A stretch of DNA of 64,000 nucleotides from Candidatus Limnocylindrales bacterium. Its GTDB lineage: Bacteria > Chloroflexota > Limnocylindria > Limnocylindrales > CSP1-4. Each line of letters starts with the position of its first letter. Position 1 is the first letter of the stretch. Made by a program: the position numbers and the translations under genes. Where the stretch lies: contig DASSII010000029.1 in NCBI GenBank assembly GCA_035692005.1, positions 24,077-88,076 of the forward strand. Direction: 5' to 3'. Shown here in pieces: positions 17,537-26,506 of the stretch. The notes beneath the pieces were generated by a model. The model saw only the letters and a program-made list of their open reading frames with translations, made no database searches and was not told the DNA's origin.

Positions 17537-18244
17537 CTAGACCCGGACCCGGCGGTCCGGGTGCGCCCGTCGTTCGGCGGCGATGATCGCCTCCAGCCGG
17601 TCCGCTGTCCGTTCGACCTGGCCCGTCTCGTTGACGACGACGTGGTCGTAATCGTCCTGGCGCGCGAGCTCGATCGCCGCGTTGCGCTGGCGGAGCTCGA
17701 GCTCATCGACCGTCTCGGTCGCGCGCGCGCGGAGGCGGGAGAAGAGGGTCTCGAGCGACGGTGGGATGACGAAGATGAGGAGCGCCTCCGACACCTGCTC
17801 CTTGACGACCTGGGCGCCCTGGACGTCGATCTTGAGGATGACGTCGTGCCCGGCGGCCAACGCCTCGCGGACCTGGTCGCGGGGCGACCCATACCAGTTG
17901 CCGTGGACCTCGTTCGCCTCGAGGAAGCCACGCGCGGCCCGGATGCGCAGGAACTCGTCGCGCGACACGAACCGGTAGTCGATCCCATCCACCTCGCCAT
18001 CGCGTGGCGCTCGGGTGGTGACGGTGACGACGTAGTGGCGGAGACCGGCCTGTCCGCGCTCCGCCTCCCGCCGACGCATGACCTCGATGATCGTGTCCTT
18101 GCCGACGCCGGACGGTCCCGAGATGATGACCAGCATCGCCCCGGGGGCGCCTTCGATGACGTAGTCGGGACGACCGGGATCGTCCGAGACGTGGGCGGGC
18201 TCGAGCAGCAGCGGCGTGTCGTCGGCGCGCCGATCCCGGCTCAT
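17537..18244 (-). CDS. gmk: Guanylate kinase
   Basis: Contains ISGPSGVGKDT, TTRAPRDGEVDGIDYRFVS and EANEVHGNWYG. ATG 18244 forms an ATGA overlap with the rluD stop; a shorter start at 18136 is also possible. Confidence 0.9.
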   Translation of the reverse strand: MSRDRRADDTPLLLEPAHVSDDPGRPDYVIEGAPGAMLVIISGPSGVGKDTIIEVMRRREAERGQAGLRHYVVTVTTRAPRDGEVDGIDYRFVSRDEFLRIRAARGFLEANEVHGNWYGSPRDQVREALAAGHDVILKIDVQGAQVVKEQVSEALLIFVIPPSLETLFSRLRARATETVDELELRQRNAAIELARQDDYDHVVVNETGQVERTADRLEAIIAAERRAHPDRRVRV

Positions 18245-19200
18245 CGGGCGGCCGCCGCGGCGCGGAGTCCGGCCAGCACGTCCTCGAGCTCCGCCGGCAG
18301 TGCCGCGGTCGCCCGGATCAGGTGGCCGTCCGATGGGGCCGCCAGCTCCAGGCGCCACGCGTGCAGGAACAACCGACCGAGCCCGTCGGGACCACGTCGT
18401 GACGTTCCCGTCCCGTAGACCGGATCGCCGGCGACGGGATGGCCGATGGCGTCGAGGTGGACGCGGATCTGGTGCGTCCGCCCAGTCACCAGATCGAGCT
18501 CCAGCAGGGTCCAGCCGTCGAACCGTTCGCGCACGCGGTAGCCGGTCGTCGAGGCTCGACCGTCGGGCACCACGGCCATCTTCGTGCGGTGCCTGGGATC
18601 GCGACCGACCGGCGCCTCGATGCGGCCGACGGCCGCGGCCACACTGCCGGCCGCCAGCGCCAGGTACGTCTTGCGGACACGTCGGGCCTTGAGCTGGGCC
18701 ATCAGCGACGCCTGCGCGGCATCGTGCTTGGCGACCATCAACAGCCCACTCGTGTCGCGATCGAGTCGGTGGACGATGCCTGGCCGCGCGACCCCGGCGA
18801 TGCCCCCGTACTCGGCGCCGCCGGCGCGGGCCAGCAGCGCGTTGACCATCGTGTCGCCATCGTGATGGCCAGCCGAGGGGTGCACGACGATGCCCGACGG
18901 CTTGTCGACGATGAGTAGGTCGTCGTCCTCATAGACGATCGTGAGCGGGATGTCCGGCGCCGGGGCGAGATCGAGGGCGACCGGTTCGGGGACGTCGAGG
19001 CGCACGTCCGACCCCGCGGCCACGACGGCGTTGGCACGGACCGGGACACCCTCGACCGTGAGCCGACCGTCGGAGATGAGCTTCTGGACGTGGCTGCGGG
19101 ACAGGCCCGTCGCGTCGGCCACGATGCGGTCGATGCGACCGGACGGACCGTCGGGGACGCGCACGATGCGCACGCCAGCGACGACCGGCGCGTCAGGCAT
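18241..19200 (-). CDS. rluD: RluA/RluD-family 23S rRNA pseudouridine synthase
   Basis: S4 domain (SRSHVQKLISDGRLTVEG) plus the catalytic motif HRLDRDTSGLL. ATG 19200 overlaps the lspA stop by 8 nt. Confidence 0.9.
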   Translation of the reverse strand: MPDAPVVAGVRIVRVPDGPSGRIDRIVADATGLSRSHVQKLISDGRLTVEGVPVRANAVVAAGSDVRLDVPEPVALDLAPAPDIPLTIVYEDDDLLIVDKPSGIVVHPSAGHHDGDTMVNALLARAGGAEYGGIAGVARPGIVHRLDRDTSGLLMVAKHDAAQASLMAQLKARRVRKTYLALAAGSVAAAVGRIEAPVGRDPRHRTKMAVVPDGRASTTGYRVRERFDGWTLLELDLVTGRTHQIRVHLDAIGHPVAGDPVYGTGTSRRGPDGLGRLFLHAWRLELAAPSDGHLIRATAALPAELEDVLAGLRAAAAAR

Positions 19201-19756
19201 CCACCCGCTCCGGGCCGTTGTCGGGGTCGCGCTCGGCGTCGCGCGATGTCCCCGCGCTGGGGGCCGTCGTGGCGGACGTGGCAGGCCGCCGGTCCGTGCC
19301 CGGCAGGAACGCGCTGAGGAGCAGCAGCAGGATCGCCACACTGATGGCCGAATCGGCCACGTTGAACGTGTAGAACCGGAGGTCGCCGATGCCGGCGTCC
19401 ACCCAGTCGACGACGTAGCCCAGGCGGAAACGATCGATCATGTTGCCGACCGCCCCGCCGAGCAGCAGGCCGAGCGCGATCGACAGGAGCGTGTTGCGTC
19501 CGGAACTGCCGTGGAACCAGACGATGAGCCCGATCACGGCGATCGACACGACGCCGAACAACAACGCCTGGTCCTTGAACAGGCCGAACAGGGCGCCGCT
19601 GTTCTGCGAGTGGATGAGGCGCAGGTAGTCGCCGATGACGCTCGTCCGCTCGCCCGGATCGAGGAACGAAACGAGCCAGGCCTTGGTCGCCTGATCGGCG
19701 CCGACGATGACCAGCGCCAGGGCAAGGAAGACCGGCCAGCGAGCTGCACTGCGCAT
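19193..19756 (-). CDS. lspA: Lipoprotein signal peptidase II
   Basis: 187 aa from ATG 19756 with DQATKAW, NSGALFG, GNMIDR and FNVADSAI. The classic ileS-lspA pair. Confidence 0.9.
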   Translation of the reverse strand: MRSAARWPVFLALALVIVGADQATKAWLVSFLDPGERTSVIGDYLRLIHSQNSGALFGLFKDQALLFGVVSIAVIGLIVWFHGSSGRNTLLSIALGLLLGGAVGNMIDRFRLGYVVDWVDAGIGDLRFYTFNVADSAISVAILLLLLSAFLPGTDRRPATSATTAPSAGTSRDAERDPDNGPERVDA

Positions 19757-19778
19757 CGTCTGGCCGCTCACTGTCCGG

Positions 19779-22700
19779 TCACCCGATCCGCCGCAGGGCG
19801 ATTGTCGTCGGACCGTCGTCAAGGGCGACCGTCGCCCTGGCTGCGTCGCCGGGGATGTCGCCGCCGGCGAGCTCGGCCAGCGTATCGCCGGCGACCGAAG
19901 CGAGATGGACCGCGACGCCCGGCGAGGCATCCACGACCCACAGCTCGATCCGGTCGTCGAGCTCGAGGGCGGCCTCGCGGCGCAGGTCCTGGACGGCGCG
20001 GGCCAGCTCGCGGGCGTCGCCCTCGGCACGCAGCGCGGGGGTCAACTCGGTGTCCAGCACGACGACGATGCCGTCGTGCTCGGCCACGGCCGTGCCCGGC
20101 CGCGGCGTGGCCTGGATCTCGATCTCGTCGGCGGTCAGCGTCTGCCCCGCCAGGCTGACCGAGCCGTCGTCGTTGAACTCGACCGAGCCGTCGCGTGCCG
20201 CCGCCATGACCGCCGGGATGGCGGGTCCGAGCCGCCGGCCGACCTTGGGCAGGAGGACCTTGACCCGCCGCTCGACGAGGCCCGAATCGCTGTCGATCGG
20301 CTCGATCGCCTTGACGTTGATCTCGTCGGCGATGAGCTCGAGCAGCTCACGGTCCATACCGGGATCGCGGTCCGGCGCGGCGATCCATGCCCGGGCCAGG
20401 GGTTGGCGGGTCCGGATGCCGGCCTGAGCGCGCAGGACCCGCGCCAGCTCGACCGTCTGGCGAGCCGTCGCCATCGTCCGCTCCAGCTCTGGGTCGCGCC
20501 AGCCGGCGGACGCCTCGGCCGGCCAGGCCGTCAGGTGCACGCTGTCGGGCAGGCCGCTGCTGACCGACACGATGAGGTTCTGGTAGAGCGTCTCGGACAG
20601 GAACGGCAGGATCGGCGCCAGCGTGCGCGCCAGCACGACCAGCGCCGCGTGCAGTGTCGTGAAGGCGGCCGCGGACGCCGTCGGGTCGGCGCCGGGTCGC
20701 ATCCGATCACGCGATCGCCGCAGGTACCAGGTCGAGAGGTCGTCGATGAACGCGCTCAAGGCACGGGTCGCCCCGACCGCGTCGACCGCCCGCAGCCGGC
20801 TGGCGGCGTCGTCCGCGACCCCGGCCGCGCGCGACAGGATCCAGCGGTCGAGGGCCGCCGATGGCGGCGCGCCGGCGACGGCCACGTCGAGGCCCACGGG
20901 CGGCGCCCAGCCCGCGAGTCGAGCGTAGGTGACGAGGAAGGCGTACACGTTCCACAGGACCAGCAGCTCGCGGCGCGCCTCGTCCGCGGCGTGCCAGCCG
21001 AACAGGATGTTGTCCTCGGGCCGCGCCTTGGCGAACATCCAGCGCATGACGTCGACGCCCATCCGCTCGGCGGCCTCGTCGAAGTCGATCGCGTTGCCCC
21101 AGCTCTTGTGCATCGGCCGACCGTCTTCGGCGAACAGCGTCGCGTAGCCGAAGATGGTCCGGAAGGGAGCCGTGCGCTTGAGCACGGTCGACATCGCGAG
21201 CATGGAGTAGAACCAGTTGCGGAACTGACCCGGGAAGCTCTCGGTGATGAAGTCGGCCGGGAACCACTGCTCCCAGTACCCCGGATCCTCGCGATAGTGC
21301 AGCGTCGAAAACGGCACGATCCCGGCATCGAGCCACGGGTTGCCGACGTCCTTGATCCGCTCCACCGGCGCGCCACAGCCCGGACAGGCGATCCTGACCT
21401 CGTCGACCCATGGCCGGTGCGGGGTGTGGCCCTCGAACCGGTCCCAGCCCTCGACCGCTCGCGCCTGCAGCTCGCTGCGCCCACCGACGACGTCGATCGT
21501 GCCGCACGCCGAACAGTCGTAGATCGGCAGCGCCAGCCCCCAATAGCGCTTCTTGCTGATCATCCAGTCGCCCATGTTGCGCAGCCAATCGAGCTCGCGC
21601 TCGTGGCCGAAGTCGGGGATCCAGCGGATGTCGTCGACGACATCCATGATCTGGTAGCGCAGGCTGGCGTCGACCTGCTCGGGCGTCAGCTGGTCGCGCG
21701 GCGTGTCGTACACCGGGCCCATGCCGATGTACCACTCGTCGACCAGCCGGAATACCAGTGGCGTGCCGCACCGCCAGCAATGCGGGTAGCGATGCTCGAT
21801 CGTCTCGAGGCGGTAGAACCGGCCTTCGTGGCGAAGGTGCTCGATGATCGGTTCGGTGACGTCGCGGACGTCGCGCCCGCTGAGTGCCCCGAACCCCTCG
21901 AGCACGATGCCGGACTCATCGAGCGGGGCGATGACCGGCAGGCCGAGCGCCTTGCCCAGCTGGAAGTCCTCGGCGCCGCAACCGGGCGCGATGTGGACGA
22001 TGCCGGTGCCCTCGTCCTCGCCGACCTCGCCCCAGGCGACGACTCGATGCTCGTAGCCGGTCGTCGCGAAGGCGTGTCGCACGGCAGGCAGCTCGTCGTA
22101 CGGGCCGACGTAGCGCCAGCCGACCAGGTCGCGGCCGGCACACTCCTCCAGCACCTCGAATGGGCCGTCGAGCGCGGACTTGAGCGTGCCGCGCGCGAGC
22201 CAGAAGATGTCATCGCCCTGGCGCACGCGCACGTAGCGCAGGTCCTCGCCGACGGCCGCGGCCACGTTCGAGGTCAGCGTCCACGGCGTCGTCGTCCATA
22301 CCAGCAGCGCCTCGCCCGGTCGATCGACGAGCGGGAACCGAACGGTCAGCCCGGGATCCTGCTTGTCCTGGTAGCCCTCGTTCACCTCGGTCTGCGACAA
22401 CCCGGTCCCGCAGCGCGCGCACCACGGCATCGTGTCGTGGCCCTTGTACAGCCAGCCGCGCCGGTGGACCTCGGCGAGGAACCCCCAGATCAGGTCGTTG
22501 TTCTCGTTGCTGAAGGTGAAGTACGAGCCGCCGACATCCGGCATGCCGAGTCGCCCGACCAGCATCTCGACCGTGTCGGTGACCGGACCGTCGGGGCCGT
22601 CGATCGTGGTCACCTCGGCCGGATCGGCGGCCAGCAGGTCGTGCAGCCGGCGCAACTCGTCGGGATCATTCCAGTCCATCCACATGCCGAGCCGGATCGA

Positions 22701-23102
22701 CTGCTCCGTCTGCCGTGCCGCGTAGGTCAGCACGCGCTGCTTGCACAACGTCACGAACCGGTCGATGCCGTAGGCCTCGATGTCGCGCTTGTTGGTGAAA
22801 CCGAGATCCCGTTCGACGTTGACCTCGACCCACAGTCCCTGGCAGTCGAACCCGTTCTGGAAGCGCTGGTCCTCGCCGAGCATCGCGTGGAAGCGCTGAT
22901 ACAGGTCCTTGTACGTCCGGCCCCAGGCATGGTGGACACCCATCGGGTTGTTGGCGGTGATGGGTCCGTCAAGGAAGCTCCAGCGCGGGCCGCCCGCCAG
23001 CTGCGCCCGAAGCCGGGCGAACGTCTGCCGCTCGCGCCACATCGCGAGGAGCTCGTGCTCCTGGGCGACGAGATCGGGCTTCGAGGTGACGGGTCGGAAC
23101 AT
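19779..23102 (-). CDS. ileS: Isoleucyl-tRNA synthetase (long form) with divergent class-I signature motifs
   Basis: 1107 aa with the editing-domain motif WTTTPWTLTSN, the zinc motif PHCWRCGTPL, and ileS-lspA synteny. GVHH replaces HIGH, FDCQGLW replaces WDTHGLP, and PMHKS replaces KMSKS (see finding). Confidence 0.85.
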   Translation of the reverse strand: MFRPVTSKPDLVAQEHELLAMWRERQTFARLRAQLAGGPRWSFLDGPITANNPMGVHHAWGRTYKDLYQRFHAMLGEDQRFQNGFDCQGLWVEVNVERDLGFTNKRDIEAYGIDRFVTLCKQRVLTYAARQTEQSIRLGMWMDWNDPDELRRLHDLLAADPAEVTTIDGPDGPVTDTVEMLVGRLGMPDVGGSYFTFSNENNDLIWGFLAEVHRRGWLYKGHDTMPWCARCGTGLSQTEVNEGYQDKQDPGLTVRFPLVDRPGEALLVWTTTPWTLTSNVAAAVGEDLRYVRVRQGDDIFWLARGTLKSALDGPFEVLEECAGRDLVGWRYVGPYDELPAVRHAFATTGYEHRVVAWGEVGEDEGTGIVHIAPGCGAEDFQLGKALGLPVIAPLDESGIVLEGFGALSGRDVRDVTEPIIEHLRHEGRFYRLETIEHRYPHCWRCGTPLVFRLVDEWYIGMGPVYDTPRDQLTPEQVDASLRYQIMDVVDDIRWIPDFGHERELDWLRNMGDWMISKKRYWGLALPIYDCSACGTIDVVGGRSELQARAVEGWDRFEGHTPHRPWVDEVRIACPGCGAPVERIKDVGNPWLDAGIVPFSTLHYREDPGYWEQWFPADFITESFPGQFRNWFYSMLAMSTVLKRTAPFRTIFGYATLFAEDGRPMHKSWGNAIDFDEAAERMGVDVMRWMFAKARPEDNILFGWHAADEARRELLVLWNVYAFLVTYARLAGWAPPVGLDVAVAGAPPSAALDRWILSRAAGVADDAASRLRAVDAVGATRALSAFIDDLSTWYLRRSRDRMRPGADPTASAAAFTTLHAALVVLARTLAPILPFLSETLYQNLIVSVSSGLPDSVHLTAWPAEASAGWRDPELERTMATARQTVELARVLRAQAGIRTRQPLARAWIAAPDRDPGMDRELLELIADEINVKAIEPIDSDSGLVERRVKVLLPKVGRRLGPAIPAVMAAARDGSVEFNDDGSVSLAGQTLTADEIEIQATPRPGTAVAEHDGIVVVLDTELTPALRAEGDARELARAVQDLRREAALELDDRIELWVVDASPGVAVHLASVAGDTLAELAGGDIPGDAARATVALDDGPTTIALRRIG

Positions 23103-23172
23103 GCATCTCCGGGGTCGGCGCGTCGGGGCGGGCGCTCACGACCGGCCCGGCGACCGGTCCGGCGAGTCCGAG

Positions 23173-23178
23173 TATCCT
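23173..23178 (+). promoter_or_regulatory. Candidate -10 box TATCCT, 7 nt upstream of the LCP ATG (leaderless candidate); its complement TAGGAT may serve ileS
   Basis: The plus strand reads TATCCT acccgcg ATG with no Shine-Dalgarno sequence. The hexamer is near-palindromic in an 83-nt divergent spacer. Confidence 0.4.
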
Positions 23179-23185
23179 ACCCGCG

Positions 23186-24997
23186 ATGCAGAACCCGCAG
23201 GACGCGCGACCGCGCGCCCGGTCCCCGTTCACCGCGGCGTTCCTGTCGCTCCTCTTTCCCGGTCTCGGTCACCTGTACGCCGGCGCCCCGATGCGCGCCC
23301 TCGGGTTCGCCGCCGCACCGATCCTGCTGGTGTCGCTCGGCGCCGGGGTGATCCTGCGTCTCGACCGGATCGAGCTCGTGTCGCTGTTGTTCAGCCCGTT
23401 CCTGCTGACGTCGATCTTCATCCTCAATCTCGTGGCGCTCCTGTATCGCCTCGTGGCGATCATCGATGCCTATCGGGTCGCCGAATTCGTCAATGCCCAC
23501 GCCGCCTCCGGCGACGGGCGCCTCGGACGGGCGCGCATGCCGCGCAACCCGCTGTCGATGGCCGGCCTCCTCGCGGTCGTGCTGGTCATGGCCGGCAGCC
23601 ACGTCGTCGTCGCCCGCTATGACGTCATCGCCCTCGATGCCCTGACCGGCGGCTGCATCTTCATCGGCGCGGACGCGACCGGCCAGTGCGACCAGCCCGA
23701 CGAGACCCCGGACCCGTCGGCCACGGTCGACCCGAGCGCCGAGCCGACCGAGTCCGCGACCCCGGAGCCCTCCCCCATCGGTACGCCCGTGCCCAGCGTG
23801 TCGATCCCGCCGTGGGACGGCAGGGAGCGGCTCAACGTGCTGCTCATCGGCGCCGACGAGCAGAACGGCGGGCACAACACGGACACGCTGATCACCGTCT
23901 CGATCGACCCGGTGACCAAGCAGGTGGCGATGTTCAGCCTGCCGCGCGACACCGTCGATGTGCCCGTGCCGGCTGGACCCGCACGCAGCGTCTGGGGCCG
24001 CTCATATGGCGGCAAGATCAACTCGTTCTTCGCCCAGAACCGGCGCCGCTCCGACCTGTGGCCCGGCACGGACCGGACCCGCGGCTACAACGCGCTCAAG
24101 GCCGTCATCGGCGAGCTGTACGGACTCGACATCCGCTACTTCGTCGAGGTCAACTTCAACGGCTTCAAGAAGGTGGTCGACGCGGTCGGCGGGGTCACCA
24201 TCAACGTCCAGGTGCCGGTCGTCGACGACCAGTTCCCGGGCACGAACGGTCGGGCCCAGCGCCTGTACATCCCAAGCGGCATCCAGCACATGAACGGCGA
24301 CCAGGCCCTGCGCTACGCTCGGTCGCGGCACACCTCGACCGACTTCGATCGTGGTGCCCGCCAACAGCGGGTCCTGCTGTCGCTCCAGCAACAGGCCGAT
24401 CCGCAGACGTTGTTGCCGCGGCTGCCCGAACTCGTCGACGCTCTCAAGTCGGCGGTCCGCACCGACATCCCGCTGGACCAACTCGACGAGCTGCTCGGCC
24501 TGGCGTCCGAGGTCGACACAGCGAACATCCACTCCTACGTGTTCGCACCGCCGCTCTACTCACAGGACACCTGCAACGACCCGCGCGGCTGCGTCGTGCT
24601 GCCCAAGATCGACCGCATCAAGGCCGCGGTCAAGGATGCGTTCCGGGTCGACCCGCGGGACGAGGCGCTGCGCGAGACGCTCGCCACCGAGGGCGCCCAG
24701 GTGTGGGTCCTCAACGGGACGAGCACCACGAACCGGGGCGCCCGCATCGCGGGCTATCTCGAGTACCAGGGACTGGCGGCATCCGCGCCGCGGACGAAGC
24801 CCGAAGGCGCCGTCCCGGCAACGACGGTCGTCACCCTGTACAACGGCGCCGAGGCGACCCTGCCGGCGACGATCGCCTACCTCGAGGACCTGTTCAAGGT
24901 GAAGGTCCGGACGGCCACCGATCCGGCGATCCGCGCCGACGTCGTGGTCACCATCGGCCGGAACACACCCGAGCTCGAGCCGCCCCCGTCCTCCTGA
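23186..24997 (+). CDS. LytR-CpsA-Psr (LCP) family cell-wall polymer ligase, membrane-anchored
   Basis: 603 aa with N-terminal transmembrane helices, the LCP core NVLLIGADE...NTDTLITVSIDP...SLPRDT...RYARSRH, and a C-terminal LytR_C-like domain. Confidence 0.9.
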   Translation: MQNPQDARPRARSPFTAAFLSLLFPGLGHLYAGAPMRALGFAAAPILLVSLGAGVILRLDRIELVSLLFSPFLLTSIFILNLVALLYRLVAIIDAYRVAEFVNAHAASGDGRLGRARMPRNPLSMAGLLAVVLVMAGSHVVVARYDVIALDALTGGCIFIGADATGQCDQPDETPDPSATVDPSAEPTESATPEPSPIGTPVPSVSIPPWDGRERLNVLLIGADEQNGGHNTDTLITVSIDPVTKQVAMFSLPRDTVDVPVPAGPARSVWGRSYGGKINSFFAQNRRRSDLWPGTDRTRGYNALKAVIGELYGLDIRYFVEVNFNGFKKVVDAVGGVTINVQVPVVDDQFPGTNGRAQRLYIPSGIQHMNGDQALRYARSRHTSTDFDRGARQQRVLLSLQQQADPQTLLPRLPELVDALKSAVRTDIPLDQLDELLGLASEVDTANIHSYVFAPPLYSQDTCNDPRGCVVLPKIDRIKAAVKDAFRVDPRDEALRETLATEGAQVWVLNGTSTTNRGARIAGYLEYQGLAASAPRTKPEGAVPATTVVTLYNGAEATLPATIAYLEDLFKVKVRTATDPAIRADVVVTIGRNTPELEPPPSS

Positions 24998-25019
24998 CGC
25001 GCGACGCGGCCTGGCGGCT

Positions 25020-26021
25020 TTACTCGATGGGCGTCAGCCAGTGCTGATATTCGGCACGATAGCCACGAACCGCCTCGAAGTAGCGATCGCGGACGAGCGC
25101 GGCGATGGGGCCGATCTCGCCCGACCCGACGGGCCGATGGTCGACCTCGACGGCTGGTGACACCTGCACGCCGGTGCCACACACGAACACCTCGTCGGCC
25201 ACGTACAGCTCGGAGCGATCCATCGAGCGCTCCAGGACGGGAACGCCCTCGTTGTGCAGGATCTCCATCAGGCCCTTGCGCGTGACGCCCTCGAGCAGGT
25301 CATCGCTCACCGGCGGGGTGATGGCAACGCCGTCACGGACCATGAAGATGTTGGCCGCCGACGACTCGTTGACGTGGCCGTCCGGGGTGAGGACGACCGC
25401 CTCGTCATACCCGTTCAACTCGGCCTCGGACTTCTGGAACGCCATGTTGACGTAGCCACCGACGATCTTGCCGCGGGCGGGCAGCGCCTCGTCGGCGTTG
25501 CGCCGCCACGATGACGTCATCAGCCGCACGCCGTGATCGGTGTCGATGTAGTTGCCGAACGGCAGGGCGATGATGTACAGCTCGTTGTCGAGATCGTGCA
25601 ATCGGACGCCGATGGCCCGCGTCGACTTGTAGAACGACGGGCGGATGTAGACGTCCTCGCGGAAGCCGTTACGGCGGACGGTCTCGAGGATGAGCCCGCT
25701 GAGCACATCGACGGACGGCACGTCCTGCATCAGCAGGATCCGGCAGGACTGGCGGATGCGCTCGACGTGCTCGCGGATGCGCAGGCCGTACAGCCGGCCC
25801 TGCTCCTCGTTCCAATAGGCGCGGATCCCCTCGAACGTGGCCGTCCCGTACATGAACGCGTGGGTCATGATGCTGACCTTCGCGTCGCGCATCGGCACGA
25901 AGCCGCCCTCGAAATAGCAGATCAGATCGTCGAGCGAGGCGGCGCTCGGAGCGTGGTGGGTGGTCGGCGCCGGGGTCATGGTTTCGGCCGGCGTCGCGCC
26001 GGCCTGGGTCTCGGTCGTCAT
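25020..26021 (-). CDS. ilvE: Branched-chain amino acid aminotransferase (class IV)
   Basis: 333 aa from ATG 26021 (AGGAG upstream): YGTATFEGIRAYW..., the class IV fold pattern. The longer ORF overlaps the DUF1634 gene and is discounted. Confidence 0.9.
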   Translation of the reverse strand: MTTETQAGATPAETMTPAPTTHHAPSAASLDDLICYFEGGFVPMRDAKVSIMTHAFMYGTATFEGIRAYWNEEQGRLYGLRIREHVERIRQSCRILLMQDVPSVDVLSGLILETVRRNGFREDVYIRPSFYKSTRAIGVRLHDLDNELYIIALPFGNYIDTDHGVRLMTSSWRRNADEALPARGKIVGGYVNMAFQKSEAELNGYDEAVVLTPDGHVNESSAANIFMVRDGVAITPPVSDDLLEGVTRKGLMEILHNEGVPVLERSMDRSELYVADEVFVCGTGVQVSPAVEVDHRPVGSGEIGPIAALVRDRYFEAVRGYRAEYQHWLTPIE

Positions 26022-26085
26022 CGGGGTCGACTCCTGGCTTGACGGTTGCGGCGCGAGGTCGCGCGGCACCAGCGACGCACCTCCG

Positions 26086-26091
26086 AGTATA
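26086..26091 (-). promoter_or_regulatory. Candidate -10 box TATACT upstream of ilvE
   Basis: The minus strand reads gacgcTATACTcggagg, about 65 nt upstream of ATG 26021. Confidence 0.3.
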
Positions 26092-26140
26092 GCGTCGCCG
26101 GCCGGCCGTCCGGCCCTGGCCGGTGGGTCGAGGAGGGACG

Positions 26141-26506
26141 TCAGCCCTCGACGACGGCCACCACCACGACCGATAGCCCGATCACCACCAGGATCGCGAC
26201 CGCGACCGCGGCCATCGCCCGCTCGCCGCGCAGCGAGAACCCGACGAGCTCGCCCAACACGCGGGCGATGGGTGTGGCGACCACCACGATGATGCCCGCA
26301 TACAGGAAGCCCTCCGGGCGCAGGGCGACGAGGTCGCCGACAAGTCGCCCCGGGTCGAAGGTGGGGAAGGTCGTCGCCCCCGGGTCGATGCCGCTCGCGA
26401 CCATCAGCGCCACGCCGACTCCGAGCAGCACGACCGATACGACCGCGCCACCGGTCAGGACTCGGGCGATCCGGACCTCGATCCGGTCGGCTCCACCGGC
26501 GGTCAC
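26141..26506 (-). CDS. DUF1634-like small membrane protein (usual partner of TSUP/TauE permeases)
   Basis: 121 aa with three predicted transmembrane helices. GTG start forms a GTGA overlap with the TSUP stop. Confidence 0.65.
   Translation of the reverse strand: MTAGGADRIEVRIARVLTGGAVVSVVLLGVGVALMVASGIDPGATTFPTFDPGRLVGDLVALRPEGFLYAGIIVVVATPIARVLGELVGFSLRGERAMAAVAVAILVVIGLSVVVVAVVEG

Noticed and set aside
23103-23185. Looked for a T-box riboswitch upstream of ileS, as known in some Actinobacteria.
   Set aside because: Only 83 nt are available and are shared with a divergent promoter. I see no specifier/T-box consensus (no ...GGUGGUACCGCG-like element) and no terminator/antiterminator pair.
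19707-23351. 1214-aa plus-strand ORF antisense to ileS. Similar giant antisense ORFs: 7094..9871(+), 13955..15970(+), 35384..38545(-), 33721..35745(-), 32209..33612(-), 59346..60368(+).
   Set aside because: All overlap genes with strong family signatures on the other strand. Their translations are Arg/Pro/Gly/Asp-rich low-information sequence, typical of stop-codon-poor antisense frames in very GC-rich DNA. No ribosome-binding sites or recognisable motifs.
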